The translations under genes and the position numbers were made by a program. This document shows, piece after piece, positions 52,054 through 63,284 of a stretch of 64,000 bases of DNA. The notes beneath the pieces were generated by a model. The model had not been told where the DNA came from and did not search any database. It worked only from the letters and a program-made list of their open reading frames with translations. The DNA is from Squalus acanthias. Its lineage: Eukaryota. The first letter of the stretch is position 1. Every line of letters starts with the position of its first letter. The stretch is from positions 59,212,001 through 59,276,000 of the forward strand of contig CM059438.1 in the NCBI GenBank assembly GCA_030390025.1, written 5' to 3'.

Positions 52054-53961
52054 ATGATGTCACACCAGGGCAGAGAGGGTGCTCCAAGGTTCTCCGATGC
52101 AGCACTGGCGGCCTAGGTGCAGGAGGTCAACACAAGGAGAGAGGTCCTATCAGAAGGCCCTCCATGCAAATGATAAAATCCAATGGGAGCAGATAGCCGC
52201 TGTGGTCAATGCCAGCAGTATAGCCCCGAGGACCTGGCTGCAGTGCAGGAAGAAGTTTAATGACCTCACACGAGTGATCAAGGTCAGTGAATTCATCTTC
52301 AAATGCCATATCCCACCATCTGCACCACGAGCCTCACACACTGCTCAATGCACCACACCCCCGTCACTCACCGACCAACAATCTCTACCAAACATGACTC
52401 ACACCTCACATTCATAGCTTCACCTCACTCTCACACACTTAGCATTGCTTCAAGCCTCACACCCACAGCTTGCATACTCTGTCACTATTCAACTATGACA
52501 GGCATATCACCCTAACATATTGCACCACACTCACTGACACACTTCCCTTTTTCTTGCAGGACAAGGTGGCTCACAACTGGAGGTAGCAGGACCTAACCGG
52601 CAGGGGACGGGTGCACCTGCATAACCTCACGCCCATGGAGGAGACGGTGCTGGCCATTATTGGGAGGGTCGTCACTGAGCCCATGGCCAGCGGCGGGGCT
52701 GAAACAATATAAGGTGCCGGTATCCTCATATGTAATACTCTTTCTCACATCCCACTCCCCCCTCATCCCACTATCTCTTCTGATTTACAAGCTGCAGATT
52801 GGGTAAGCATACACCTCTTGCTACCCACCTCCCCTCACCACAACCTTACCCTTGTGCCTTTCTCCTTTCAGATAACCAAGAACTGCCACCTGGCCGGGCA
52901 CTGGTGGAGGAGCAGGAAATAGAAGAGCACCAAGGCACTGATGATGAAGACACAGCACCGTCACACGATTTCACACTCGCAGTCACCAGCTCAGATACTG
53001 ACACTCCGCGTGGTTTAGAGGATAGGTTAGACGCGGGATCTGCTCGTGGTGAGACACCGGGCACGAGTGGCCTGCAGCCAGGGCAGGGGGCAAGGATGGC
53101 GCAGTGCCAGCTCCCCGGAGAGCGAGGTCGCACACGAGTTCTGCTGCAGAGGACTCAGATGAGGACTTCGATGGGGCGGCCTACAGAAGAACACTGATGG
53201 GTATGCACACTGAAATGCTTGGTGCATTGGCAGGCCTGCCAGAAAGCCTGAGTGCAATGTCAAGGAGCATGGAGGAGTCTGGCACAAACCTTGTGCAGGG
53301 CTTTGTGCAGAGCTTGGAGCCCATGATTTCCAGGGTGGAAGTGATGGGCAACTCCATTAGCGCACTTGTGGACCCAACCATGATGCAGCGTCTGATGGCC
53401 GATGTCTCAGCTTCCATTGCAGCACGAGCAGAAGCCACCCAACGTCTGAGTGATGTAGTGGAATCTCAGACTGAAGTCATGCAAGCTCAAACTGCTCTCA
53501 TACAGACTCAGCTTGCTGCCACACAAGCTCAGACTGCTGCCATCGTGGCTGCAGTTACCAGTGTGGAAAGCGGCTTGCAGGGTGTCACAGCACTCCAGCA
53601 ATCTCTCCTCCAACAGATGACTAGGATTGCTGAGGCGCCGCCCCGGGGGAGTGGCAGTGGCTCCATGGAGCACGAACCTGCTCTTCTCTCTGCCACTCCG
53701 CCAGTGCCCTTGCTGTTGCCTATCAGCCAGCCAGCCCAGAGAGCCGCCGCCCATGTTAAGGTGGTGCAGTCTACAGCCGGGCCTTCTAGGCCCAGAGCTG
53801 CTCGAGGTCGTCCTGCAAGGCCATCTGCAGTCTCCCCCACTGAAAGTCAGCAGCCTTCCACCAGCCATGCTGCAGCCACTGGGGCAGCACTTCATAGGAG
53901 CACTAGGACAGGCAAAGGCACACGGAAGACAGGCGCTAAGGGAATACACAAGGGTGATTAG
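52054..53961 (+). pseudogene. Harbinger Myb/SANT-like DNA-binding gene, three exons (52054-52282, 52560-52719, 52872-53961), decayed
   Basis: APRFSDAAL...WEQIAAVVNA...RTWLQCRKKFNDL; exon 2 DKVAHN...TGRG...LTPMEE; GT-AG introns with matching phases (0 then 1); Q/A-rich C-terminus; premature stops and frameshifts. Confidence 0.85.
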
Positions 53962-54099
53962 TTGACTTTGCTATCTAATATTGGATGGATTAATGTACAA
54001 AGTTGGTTTGGAATGTTTCTTTTGTGGAGGACGCTGTGATGGTGCGGAACAGAGGGAAGGTAAGGTGTGGGACTATTGTTGAATGGGGAACTGGAGTTG

Positions 54100-55246
54100 T
54101 GTTCACTGGCACTGCAGTCAGATGAGTCAATCACGGACAGCTCGGGCAGAAAGGGGCTGTCTGGGTTGCCTCCTTCCTTCCATTTCCTCCTCCTCCTCTT
54201 CCTCCTCCTCTTCATCCTCCTCTTCCTCCTCCTCCTCCTCAGCTGTCACCGTATGCCTGGTGGCAAGGGCTGTGCCCTCATGGTGGAGCAGGCAGCAGAC
54301 CATGACGAATCTTGAGTCCCGCTCTGGTGAGTACTGCAGGGCTCCTCCAGAGAGGTCCAGGCAGCTGAAACATTGTTGAAGGACACCAATGGTCTGCTCT
54401 ATCAGATTTGGTGTGACAGCTTGGCTCTCATTGTATGCCTGCTGCCCACGTGTGTGGAGCGGAGTCATGAGCCCGGTGGTCAGTGGATAGCCCTTGTCGC
54501 CCAGTGGCCACTCTATGGTTTGTCGTGGTGGCTGAAAGACTGCGGGAACAGTGGACTGACGCAGAATGAAAGCATCATGACTGCTGCCAGGATACTGGGC
54601 ACTCACCATCATGATGTGCTGAGCATGGTCGCATGCCCAACTGCACATTCAGCGAGTGGCAACCTTTGCGGTTGCGGAACATCTCAGCATTTAGATGCAG
54701 TGCCCACAAAGTCACGTGTATGCAGTCGATGGTGCCCTGCACCATGGGGAAGTCCGCTATCCTGGAAAAGCCATGTGCACGCTCCGCCTGCTGCTCTCTG
54801 CTCAGAGAGAAGACAATGAACTCCCCTCTCCTGCTATAAACAGCATCTGTCACCTCTCGTATGCAGCAGTGGATGGCGAACTATGAGATGTTACAGATGT
54901 TGCCTCTTCCAGCCTGGAAGGAACCCGACGCGAGGAAATTCAGGACCACGTCACCTTCACAGCCACTGGCAGCGTTGTCCTTTCCCTGGTGTGAGGCTGC
55001 AGGTCTGGTTATAAGAGGGGGCAGAGTTCTGTGAGCACCTGCTTTTGTAAATCGCAGACACCTCAGACACTGCTCCTGGCTCAGGTTGAGGTAAGAGAAT
55101 TGCTCTCGGAAAACCCTAAGTGGGTAAGGCCTTCTGCTGAGAGCCCTTCTCCCCCTCCTCCTCCTCCCTCTGCGAGCAGCTTGACCTCTGCTTCACTCCC
55201 TCTGCTCCATCTCCCTGTCACAGGGGATGACAACTACAGCACCCAT
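54100..55246 (-). pseudogene. PIF/Harbinger (HARBI1-like) DDE transposase, frameshifted
   Basis: GSFQ, FPMVQGTIDCIHV, FRNRKGCHSLNVQL, YPGSSHDAFIL, LGDKGYP, IEQTIG motifs and a poly-Glu C-terminus; convergent with the Myb gene. Confidence 0.92.
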
Positions 55247-55679
55247 AACTGGGAACAAGTCTGACCAGAACCCTTGAAGTTGGAACCAAGGCCTTCTCCA
55301 TTTGCAGCGCCACTCCCTGTCACCTCACCAACTTTAAACAATTCTGGAACGCTCCAAACACTTCCACAAACTTACACAGAGCCAGTAGAAATCAATCAGC
55401 AACTAACCTTAGAGCGGGTGCTGCTCCCTTTAAATATCACCGGGGAGGGGTCCTTGCTGATGCTGAACGAATGTTCAGCTGTGTGAGGTTAAGACCGGGT
55501 GTTAGCTCAAGAGGTGAGGACGAAAATGGCAACGCTGGCATCAAATCAGTGTTGTACGCTGATTGATGGCACGATCTGCCTACTCAACATACTTCCAGCG
55601 CCACGCTCTGAATGCCCGCCCTACCGCCCTCACCGAGGTGGCATTCGGTGCAGATTCCATTTTCATCACACAACATTTA

Positions 55680-55930
55680 TTTCCATTCCACCTCTTTTTC
55701 CATTTTGCCTATCTTTTCTAAAATTCAAGTACCCTGGAGTATTTAGTTCCCAACCTTGGTCACCCTGCAACCACATCTCAGCAATGGCTACTAGATCAAA
55801 CACATTTATCTCTATTTATACCATTAATTCATCTTGTTATGAATGCTCCGTGCATTCAGATATAACGCCTTCAATTTCAACTTGCTACTATTTTTCCCTG
55901 ATGAGGCCTTAGTCGCAAATGCCCCATTGC
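55680..55930 (-). mobile_element. CR1 ORF2 N-terminal APE endonuclease remnant
   Basis: Manual translation gives LKALYLNARSIHNK...DLVAIAEMWLQGDQGWELNTPGY..FRKDR..GKRGG. Confidence 0.85.
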
Positions 55931-55946
55931 CATTATTAAACTCTCT

Positions 55947-56540
55947 GGGCGAGAAGTTCGTGGCCTTAGTGCCACTCCGTAGTGCCATTAAATGGCGCTA
56001 AAATGGCGGCCGTTGCTCTTTCGCCAGGTGCTGGCAGTTCCCGCGGCAGCCACTGTTTTCGCCCTTACCTTTGCGCTGCCGGTTACTGGCAGCGCCATGC
56101 TGGACAAAATGGCAACGCCGACTTTACATCACAAACGCGAACTTCGACCCTTGCGCTGAATTCAGCGCTGGGTCCTAAGCACGCATGCAAGCAGGCTGGC
56201 AGTGGCGATGTCTGTGCCTCTTAAAGGGACACACACATCATTCAGGTCAGTTTGGATTTAAGGTTTTTGACTGTTTTTTTTTATTTTATTGAAGTGGTGG
56301 CTTGCTGCAATCGACGTGAAAATAGATGTGTAGGGAGTGCTGCTGGACGCTTGCAAGGGCTCGGATGGTAAATGAAGGCCTTTGAGAAGACAGAACATGC
56401 TGCAAATACTCAGCAGGTCAAGCAACATCCGTGGAGAGAAAAACAGAGTTCACGTCTCAGGTCGAGATGATGAAATTTGCTCCATTAGCGTTGCGGCCAT
56501 TTTCAGTAGCCGTTAACTCCAGTTGCTGGTGACACCGGTA
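55947..56540. mobile_element. Probable non-autonomous DNA transposon remnant, interrupted by a Penelope-like fragment at 56388-56466
   Basis: CpG-rich segment sitting between the CR1 ORF1 and ORF2 remnants; loose inverted similarity AAAATGGC (~56000) / GCCATTTT (~56496); the AAATACTCAGCAGGTCA...GTGGAGAG...CAGGTCGA block matches 1236-1290. Confidence 0.45.
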
Positions 56541-56599
56541 ACATTACTAGCTAACATAAGTTTCTCCCCCTCTGTCCCTTCCTGACAGAATCTGCTTGA

Positions 56600-57617
56600 T
56601 TTTACCCAAATTGCTGCACTCTGCTCTACGGCCTTGACATTTCTCTTACTGCTTTTGAATTTACCCTTACCTGAATCCTCCCTCCCCCTATTAGTTTCAA
56701 GCCCCATCTACTGCCCTAGATATTCGATTCGCCAGTACACTGATCCCAGCCCGGTTTAAGTGGAGTCCGTCCCAACGGAACAGCTCCCTCTTTTCCCAGT
56801 ACTGGTGCCAGTACCCCATGAATTGAAACCCCTTCCTCCCACACTACTCTTTGAGCTATGCATTTAACCTTCTAATCTGTTTGTCCCTATGCAAATTTGT
56901 GCGTTGCTCAGGTAACAATCCAGAGATTATTACCTGTGAGGTTTTGCTTTTTAATTTGTACCCTAGCTCCTCAAACTCCCTCAGCAGAACCTCATCCTAG
57001 TTCTACCTATGTCGTTGGTTCCTATGTGGACCACGACAACTGGATCCTGCCCCTCCTTCTCCAAGTTCTTCTCCAGCTGTGAGGAGATGTCCTTAACCCT
57101 GGCAACACAGCCTTCGGTACTACCTGTCGTGGCTGCAAAGAACAGTATGCATCCCCCTGACTAAACTATCCCCTACCACATTCCTTTTCACTCCCCCCAC
57201 TTGAATGGCCTACTGTACCACGGTGCCGTGGTCCATTTGCCCATCCTCCCTGCAGTCTTTGTTCTCATCCACACAGGTAACACGTACTTCGTACCTGTTG
57301 GACAAGGGCAAAGGCTGAGGCTCCTCCACCACGGCATCTGCGATCCCCTTCCCTGCAGTCACACCCTCCTGTCCCTGACCACTAACCAAATTTAAAGCAC
57401 TACCTAACCTAAGGGGTGTGACTGCCGTCTGAGTCAAAATATCCAGGTAACTCTCCCCCTCCCTGATGCATCGCAATGTCTGCCCCTCGAACTACAGCTC
57501 AACAACTCTGAGCTGAAGTTCCTCGAGTTGCAGACATTTACCGCAGATGTGGCTGCTTGGGATCACACTACTCTCCACAAACTCCCACATGCTGCAGATG
57601 TGGCACACCACCTCCAT
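56600..57617 (-). mobile_element. CR1 ORF1 remnant (Cys-rich N-terminus plus SGNH/GDSL esterase domain)
   Basis: MEVVCHICSMWE...HICGKCLQL, PLPLSNRYE, VVGDS, VHIGTND, WDGLHLN; many frameshifts. Confidence 0.85.
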
Positions 57618-57774
57618 CTCTATCTAACCTTGTTTTATATATTTAAATAATTAAAGTGTTATGTAATTAATTCACTTTTTTTGTTTTTTAAACTAATTAA
57701 TTTAGCTAGTTTAAATTATTAATTTAATAAAGTATTAGTTATACGTTCCTAGTTTTAAATACTTACTGCCTCAA

Positions 57775-58795
57775 GGGTGATTTTCGGGTTGGCAGGCTGT
57801 AACTAGTGGGGTTCCGCAAGGATCAGTGCTTGGGCCTCAGCTATTCACAATCTACATCAATGATTTGGATGAGGGGACCAAATGCAATATATCCAAGTTT
57901 GCTGATGATACAAAGCTGGGTGGGAATGTAAGTTGTGAGGAGGATGCAAGGAGGCTTCAAGGGGATATAAACAGGCTAAGTGAGTGGGCAAGAACATGGC
58001 AAATGGAATATAATGTGGAGAAATGTGAAGTCATCCACTTTGGTAGGAAAAATAGAAAAGCAGAGTATTTTTGAAATGGTGAGAGATTGGGAAATGTTGG
58101 TGTTCAGAGGGACCTGGGTGTCCTTGTATACGAATCACTAAAAGTTAACATGCAGGTACAGCAAGCAATTACAAAAGCAAATGGTACGTTGGCCTTTATT
58201 ACAAGAGGATTTGAGTATAAGAGTAAAGACGTCTTACTGCAATTATATAAGGCCCTAGTGAGACCACACCTGGAGTATTGTGTACAGTTTTGGTCTCCTT
58301 ACCTAAGGAAGGATATACTTGCCATAGAGGGAGAGCAACGAAGGTTCACCAGACTGATTCCTGGGATGGGGGGATTGTCCAATGAGGAGAGATTGAGTAG
58401 ACTTGGCCTATATTCTCTAGAGTTTAGAAGAATGAGAGGTGATCTCATTGAAACATACAAAATTCTTACAAGGCTTGACAGGGGAGTCTAGAACCAGGGG
58501 TCACAGTCTCAGAATAAGGGGTCGGCCATTTAGGACTGAGATGAGGAGAAATGTCTTCACTCAGAGGGTGGTGAATCTTTGGAATTCTCTACCCCAGAGG
58601 GTTGTGGAGGCTCAGCCGTTGAGTATATTCAAGACAGAGATCGATAGATTTTTGAATATTAAGGGTATCAAGGGATATGGGGATAGTGCAGGAAAGTAGA
58701 GATGAGGTAGAAGATCAGCCATGATCTTATTGAATGGCGGAGCAGGCTCGAAAGGCCAAATGGCCGACTCCTGCTCCTATTTCTTATGTTCTTAT
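57775..58795 (+). mobile_element. 5'-truncated CR1 LINE (RT C-terminal half through tail)
   Basis: GVPQGSVLGP, KFADDTKL, LVRPHLEYCVQFWSP; one in-frame stop at 58072; TTCTTATGTTCTTAT tail. Confidence 0.95.
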
Positions 58796-58949
58796 ATTCT
58801 TACACAAACCATTACAAGTGTTAAAGGCAGAAGGAGCAGCTCCTTCCCCCTCTGCACTGAATTCTCACCAAATTCTCAACTTCCCACTTTGTTTCTGTTG
58901 TACTCTGTTCACATTGCGATCTGTAGTTACGCTCGGAGCTTTAGCTGTT

Positions 58950-60400
58950 TTTAGAGATAAGAACCCCAGCCTGTTCAATCTTTCTTGATAGGTAGAACCT
59001 CTCAGTTCTGGTATCATCCTTGTAAATCTTCTCTGCACCCTCTCCAGTACCTCTGTATCCTTTTTATAATATGGTGACCATATTTGCACTGCAGCAACTC
59101 GCCAAGGCTTCTTCGGCAGCACCTCCCAAACCTGCGACCTCTTCCACCTAGAAGGACAAGGGCAGCAGGAACATGGGAACACCACCACCTCCAAGTTCCC
59201 CTCCAAGTCACACACCATCCTGACTTAGAAGTATATCGCCGTTCCTTCATCGTCGCTGGGTCAAAATCCTGGAACTCAATCCCTAACAGCACTGTACCTT
59301 CACCACACGGACTGCAGCGGTTCAAGAAGGCGGCTCACCACCACCTTCTCGAGGGCAACTAGGGATGGGCAATAAATGCTGGCCTTGCCAGCGGTGCCCA
59401 GATCCCATAAGCGAATAAAAAAAAAACTCCAAGTGTGGTCTAACCAAGGTTCTGTACAAGTTTAACATAACTTCTCTGCTTTTCAATTCTAGCCCTCTAG
59501 AAATGAACCCCAGTGCTTGTTTTCTTTTTTTATGGCCTTATTTACCTGCGTCACTACTTTTAGTGATTTGTGTATCTGTACCCCCAGATCGCTCTGCTCC
59601 TCTACCCCACTGAGACGCTTATTTTCCAAGGGGTATGTGGCCTCATTTTTCTTCCTTACACTTATCTATATTGAAATGCATTTGCCAATTACACGTCAAT
59701 TCTGCAAGTTTATTAATGCCTCCCTGTATTTTGTCACATTCTTCCTCAGTATTAACTATACCCCCAATTTGGTGTCATCCGCAAATTTTGAAATTGTACT
59801 TCCGATTCCCGAGTCCAAATCGTTTATGTAAGTGGTCCCAGCACCAATTGCTGTGGAACTTCCTACCTTCCACCAGGCTGAGTAAATACCGTTAACCCCT
59901 GTTTTCTGTCTTGTAGCCAGCTTGCTATCCATTCTGCTACTAGTCCCCTAACTCCATATGCTCTGACCTTAGTCATGAATCTACTATGTGGCACCTTATC
60001 AAAGTCCTTTTGAAAATCTAATTATATTACATCTATGTGCGACCTCCTGCTCTACCTCCCCTAGGTTCCCCCTACCCTGCTGACTGGCAGTCACACTCTC
60101 CCCTCCCTGCATCTGTGCTTTCCTCTGAGGTGCGAATGTACTCTGGAGTAAACTACCCAGAAATTCCTCCCCATCCCTTTTGTGTCGCAGTGTCTCTAAC
60201 TCGCACGCCAGCTCAACAATTTAGAGCTGAAGTGACTCAAGGCAGAGAAATTTCTGACAGATCTGGGGATCTGGGTCAATTTTGCTGTCCACAAATTCTC
60301 CACAGACTGCAGTCCCGACACGCTGCCATTTCTAATTTTTATTTATTTACTTTAAAGAGGTCTTTTTTAATTGCTGCTGGACTCTGCACAGCAAGGTCCC
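58950..60400 (-). mobile_element. Heavily deleted CR1 (ORF1 N-terminus 60329-60040 fused to RT remnants 60035-58950), interrupted by another LINE 3' end
   Basis: MAACRDCSLW...QICQK...IVELACELETLR; DFQKDFDKVPH; ISKFADDTKL; WSPYYKKDTEVLERVQRRFTRMIP. Confidence 0.8.
59088..59426 (+). mobile_element. Non-LTR retrotransposon 3' end with poly(A), same family as 4971-5277
   Basis: High similarity to the reverse complement of 4971-5277; ends in GAATAAAAAAAAAA. Confidence 0.85.
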
Positions 60401-60427
60401 ACAGACAACACCAGATCAAAGATCACA

Positions 60428-62842
60428 GCCGGAATTTTCCGGGGTACTAGTGGGCGCAATCGGAGGCGGGTCAGGTGGCAAAGTTGTTATTTTTGAGAGC
60501 GGGTCGGGAACCCACTGTCATCCTGCTCCCACAGGCGTGTCTGTCAGCGTGGATCCGACCCGACCAGCAGAGGCGGTCAACCCAATTTAAATTATTAGTA
60601 GCTAGTTGTCAGACCCTTAGGAGTGGTTTTAGCCTTACCCTTTAAATTTAACTGCATGACCACAGGAAGCACGCTGCTTGGGAACCATGGCTGTCAACCT
60701 GAGGCAGGAGTTCAGTGGCCACTGCACCAGCTGATTACTTGACAGCATCAAATGTACAGTAAACGCTCCCACCTGATGGATGATCACTTTCCTCAGCAGG
60801 AGCTGTTTCTCACTGCATTACCAGCACAGATTCTGCAGGCTGCAGTCTTTCCAGCAAAGTCTTCATCAAGTGTCAGCTCATTGGAAAAACTCTCTCACCA
60901 TTGACAGACTGCTTCTGTCATCTCTACTTCACCTGCCATCTATTCCATCAGCATGGGTGCTCTTTATACTCTCTCACCTTGGTCCTCAGAATCCCACCAC
61001 GATCAGCCCCAGCACCAGCAGCACCAACAACAACAACACCAACCTTCCCCGCAATCACCTGATGCTGCACAGGACAGAGGGCATCAGCACCCGACCACAT
61101 TGCTGCCCGGGAGGCCAGGGATGGCCTCACCATGGCCAGATTTACTTAACTTGACGCTGTACACCCTGGCTGCCACATGATGCGCCAGGTTGGCACCACC
61201 CCCGAGCAACATCATAAAGCATCCCTGCAATGCCCAAGCCATTCCTTTCACACTCACCACCATTGCGGGGGTACCGTTATGTCTCACCATTCACTGCAAC
61301 TCACTAAGCCACTTACAAAGGTGCACACAAATCTGTACAGTATTGGAAGTGTTGAAAATAAAGATTTTTATGTTTGACAGCACAGTAATGGAAACTTTAC
61401 ATAAACATTGGATAAAACACCTAAGTGGCTACCCTTGTGTGTTGTTAGTTGGTATGATTGCACTAGGATGAGGGTGAGTGTGAGGGGGATGTGATAATGA
61501 GAGAGGGATGAGTGGAGGTGCAAGGTGAGTAAGGATCTGCAGGAGTAGGGTAGGGAAGGCAGAGTGATGGGGATGTGATGAGAGGCACAGCAGGATGACA
61601 TTGGGTGTGGCTTTGCACTCACGTTTCCTGATCTACTGCGATCATTGAAATGTTTGCAGTGCCTGCACCCAGATCCTCCTGACCACATCCCTGCTTGCGA
61701 CCTCCTCTGCAATCTCCAACCAGGCTGCTTTGGTGTCCTGCGGAGGTCTCTTCTGCCCATTGGAAGGGAAGAGAACCTCCCTTGGAGGGAGTCATCGGAG
61801 GACCTGGGTGCAGCCCTCTGCCTTTGTGCAGTCATTGTCAGTGTTTGCAGCACTCCAATGCTGTAGTGCACAGACAGCACTATGTTACATTGGCCCAGAA
61901 ATTGATCTCGCGTATTCCCACTCCAATTGCCGGTTTTCTGCATGCCCTGCGCATGCGCTGAAAACCGGCAATTGCTCTTTTGAAAAGGGGGCGGTTCCTC
62001 GGTGCATCGCGTGCGCGCTACAGGCTGCGCGCACGCTGTGCACTTCATGCTTTGGACGCGCAGGTAAGTACTGAAGATTTTAGAAATGTAAAAAGGAGGA
62101 GTAAGACCCACTTTTAAGAAGGTAAGTAGTGAATTAAGTATTTTTTTGAATTTTTTTTAACAGGTATATCTTTTTTAGAGACTTTAAAGACAGGTAAGTT
62201 TATTTTTATAACTTTTTAAAAGATTTTAAATTTTTTCAAAAATTTAATTTTTTATTTAAAATGGTTAATTTAATTAACTATACTTATTTTATTAATGTGA
62301 TGGTTTTTAAAAAAAATTTAATTGAGGTTTAGCTGTTATTTTGGGGGGGTGTAAGATTCATAGATTTCACAGCATGTTTGTGAAACTTATGAATGGAAGA
62401 TGGTGTGCTGCCATTGGCTCTAACTGAGTCACGTGATCCCACAGCTCGCACGAATTCACTACGCCGCTGGGATACGCAAGCACTGCCCAGCTGATGTCTG
62501 GAACATCAAGTTCGTGCGAGCTGGATCTGAAAAAGCACAAGCGAGGTGAGAGATCGCGGGGAAGCCTTACCCCCGCGGGAACAGAGCGAGATCAATTTCT
62601 GGGCCAATGACATTCAAATCCAATGTGGCCATGGCCCCTTTAAAGATCCCGGCTGAAAACGTGTCATCGATGACGTCACCAGACCCGCACCATTTAATTA
62701 GGTCAGGTAATGCGATGGGTGGGCTTAATAGGCCCCTTTAAGGGAAAGTCATTTTCAGCAGCAAGATGGAGCTAGCAGCAGGGTCGCGACCCACAATGGC
62801 CACCGCCCGCACCCGAGCCGCCCAGGTAGGCAAAATTCCGGC
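60428..62842. mobile_element. Internally deleted Harbinger transposon with both TIRs
   Basis: TIR GCCGGAATTTT (60428-60438) / AAAATTCCGGC (62832-62842); transposase-like N- and C-terminal stubs on + (60953-61150); Myb exon-1 remnant on - (61835-61623: APRSSDDSL, AAWLEIAEEV, KHFND, donor GTGAGT). Confidence 0.8.
61892..62605. mobile_element. 714-bp MITE-like element with perfect 20-bp TIRs, nested in the deleted Harbinger
   Basis: GGCCCAGAAATTGATCTCGC (61892-61911) and its exact reverse complement (62586-62605); flanks ATT/AAT; AT-rich core; no recognisable coding sequence. Confidence 0.9.
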
Positions 62843-62845
62843 CCA

Positions 62846-63006
62846 TTTCATCTGTCTTGCTGATTTTGGCTGTGGGACCAATGGCGGCCAGGCTGCCAGA
62901 CGAGAAAGCCTACGTTTCATGTTGGCAGCGGGAGACGGAGAGGAGGGAGGGAGGATTCCAAACCTCTCCCGCCCGACACGGTGGTGGGGGGGGTTAAAAT
63001 TCCCCC
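62846..63006. mobile_element. Possible end fragment of another Harbinger-type element
   Basis: GC-rich segment ending GGTTAAAATTCCCCC, resembling the AAAATTCCGGCCC end of the neighbouring element. Confidence 0.35.
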
Positions 63007-63221
63007 ACAGAATCTCCAAAAATCAATACCTTTTTATTCGACACTATCAGTAAGATTGGCAAATTAGCTGGAGGTTCCGATTTTAGTTGGGTGAAAGGAG
63101 ACTGAGGATGCATCAGAGACGCAGGGATTGCAATGGGGAGGGAGCTCACGAAGCTGAAGTGAGCTCGAGGCTGGGAGCGGTTTGACACAGTGCTCCAGGC
63201 TCAAGCCTCCTGGTATTACAC

Positions 63222-63262
63222 AGAAAGACCTGGGTTTCTATAGCGCTTTCTCACATCCCTCA
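63222..63262 (-). mobile_element. Short SINE/L2-type tail fragment
   Basis: Minus strand CTGAGGGATGTGAGAAAGCGCTATAGAAACCCAGGTCTTTC resembles L2-dependent SINE tails. Confidence 0.4.
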
Positions 63263-63284
63263 GCAATAAGCCAAAGTAACACGC

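Larger units (their letters stand above)
52030..55670. mobile_element. Formerly autonomous Harbinger DNA transposon; left end apparently truncated
   Basis: Two-gene Myb plus transposase architecture. I could not find a TIR pair, so the boundaries are approximate. Confidence 0.8.

Noticed and set aside
54100..55246. Domesticated host gene HARBI1, with NAIF1/MSANTD for the partner
   Set aside because: Multiple frameshifts and stops and the convergent two-gene transposon layout indicate a decayed transposon.
56388..56475. Second hammerhead ribozyme
   Set aside because: The fragment is truncated before the CUGANGA core and GAAA has become GAGA.
51032..58795. Composite transposon bounded by inverted CR1 copies
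   Set aside because: The two CR1 copies carry different deletions and substitutions, and CR1 is abundant, so independent insertions are the simpler explanation.
60953..61180. Poly-Gln/His small protein gene
   Set aside because: Lies within Harbinger TIRs and is best explained as a deleted transposase stub.
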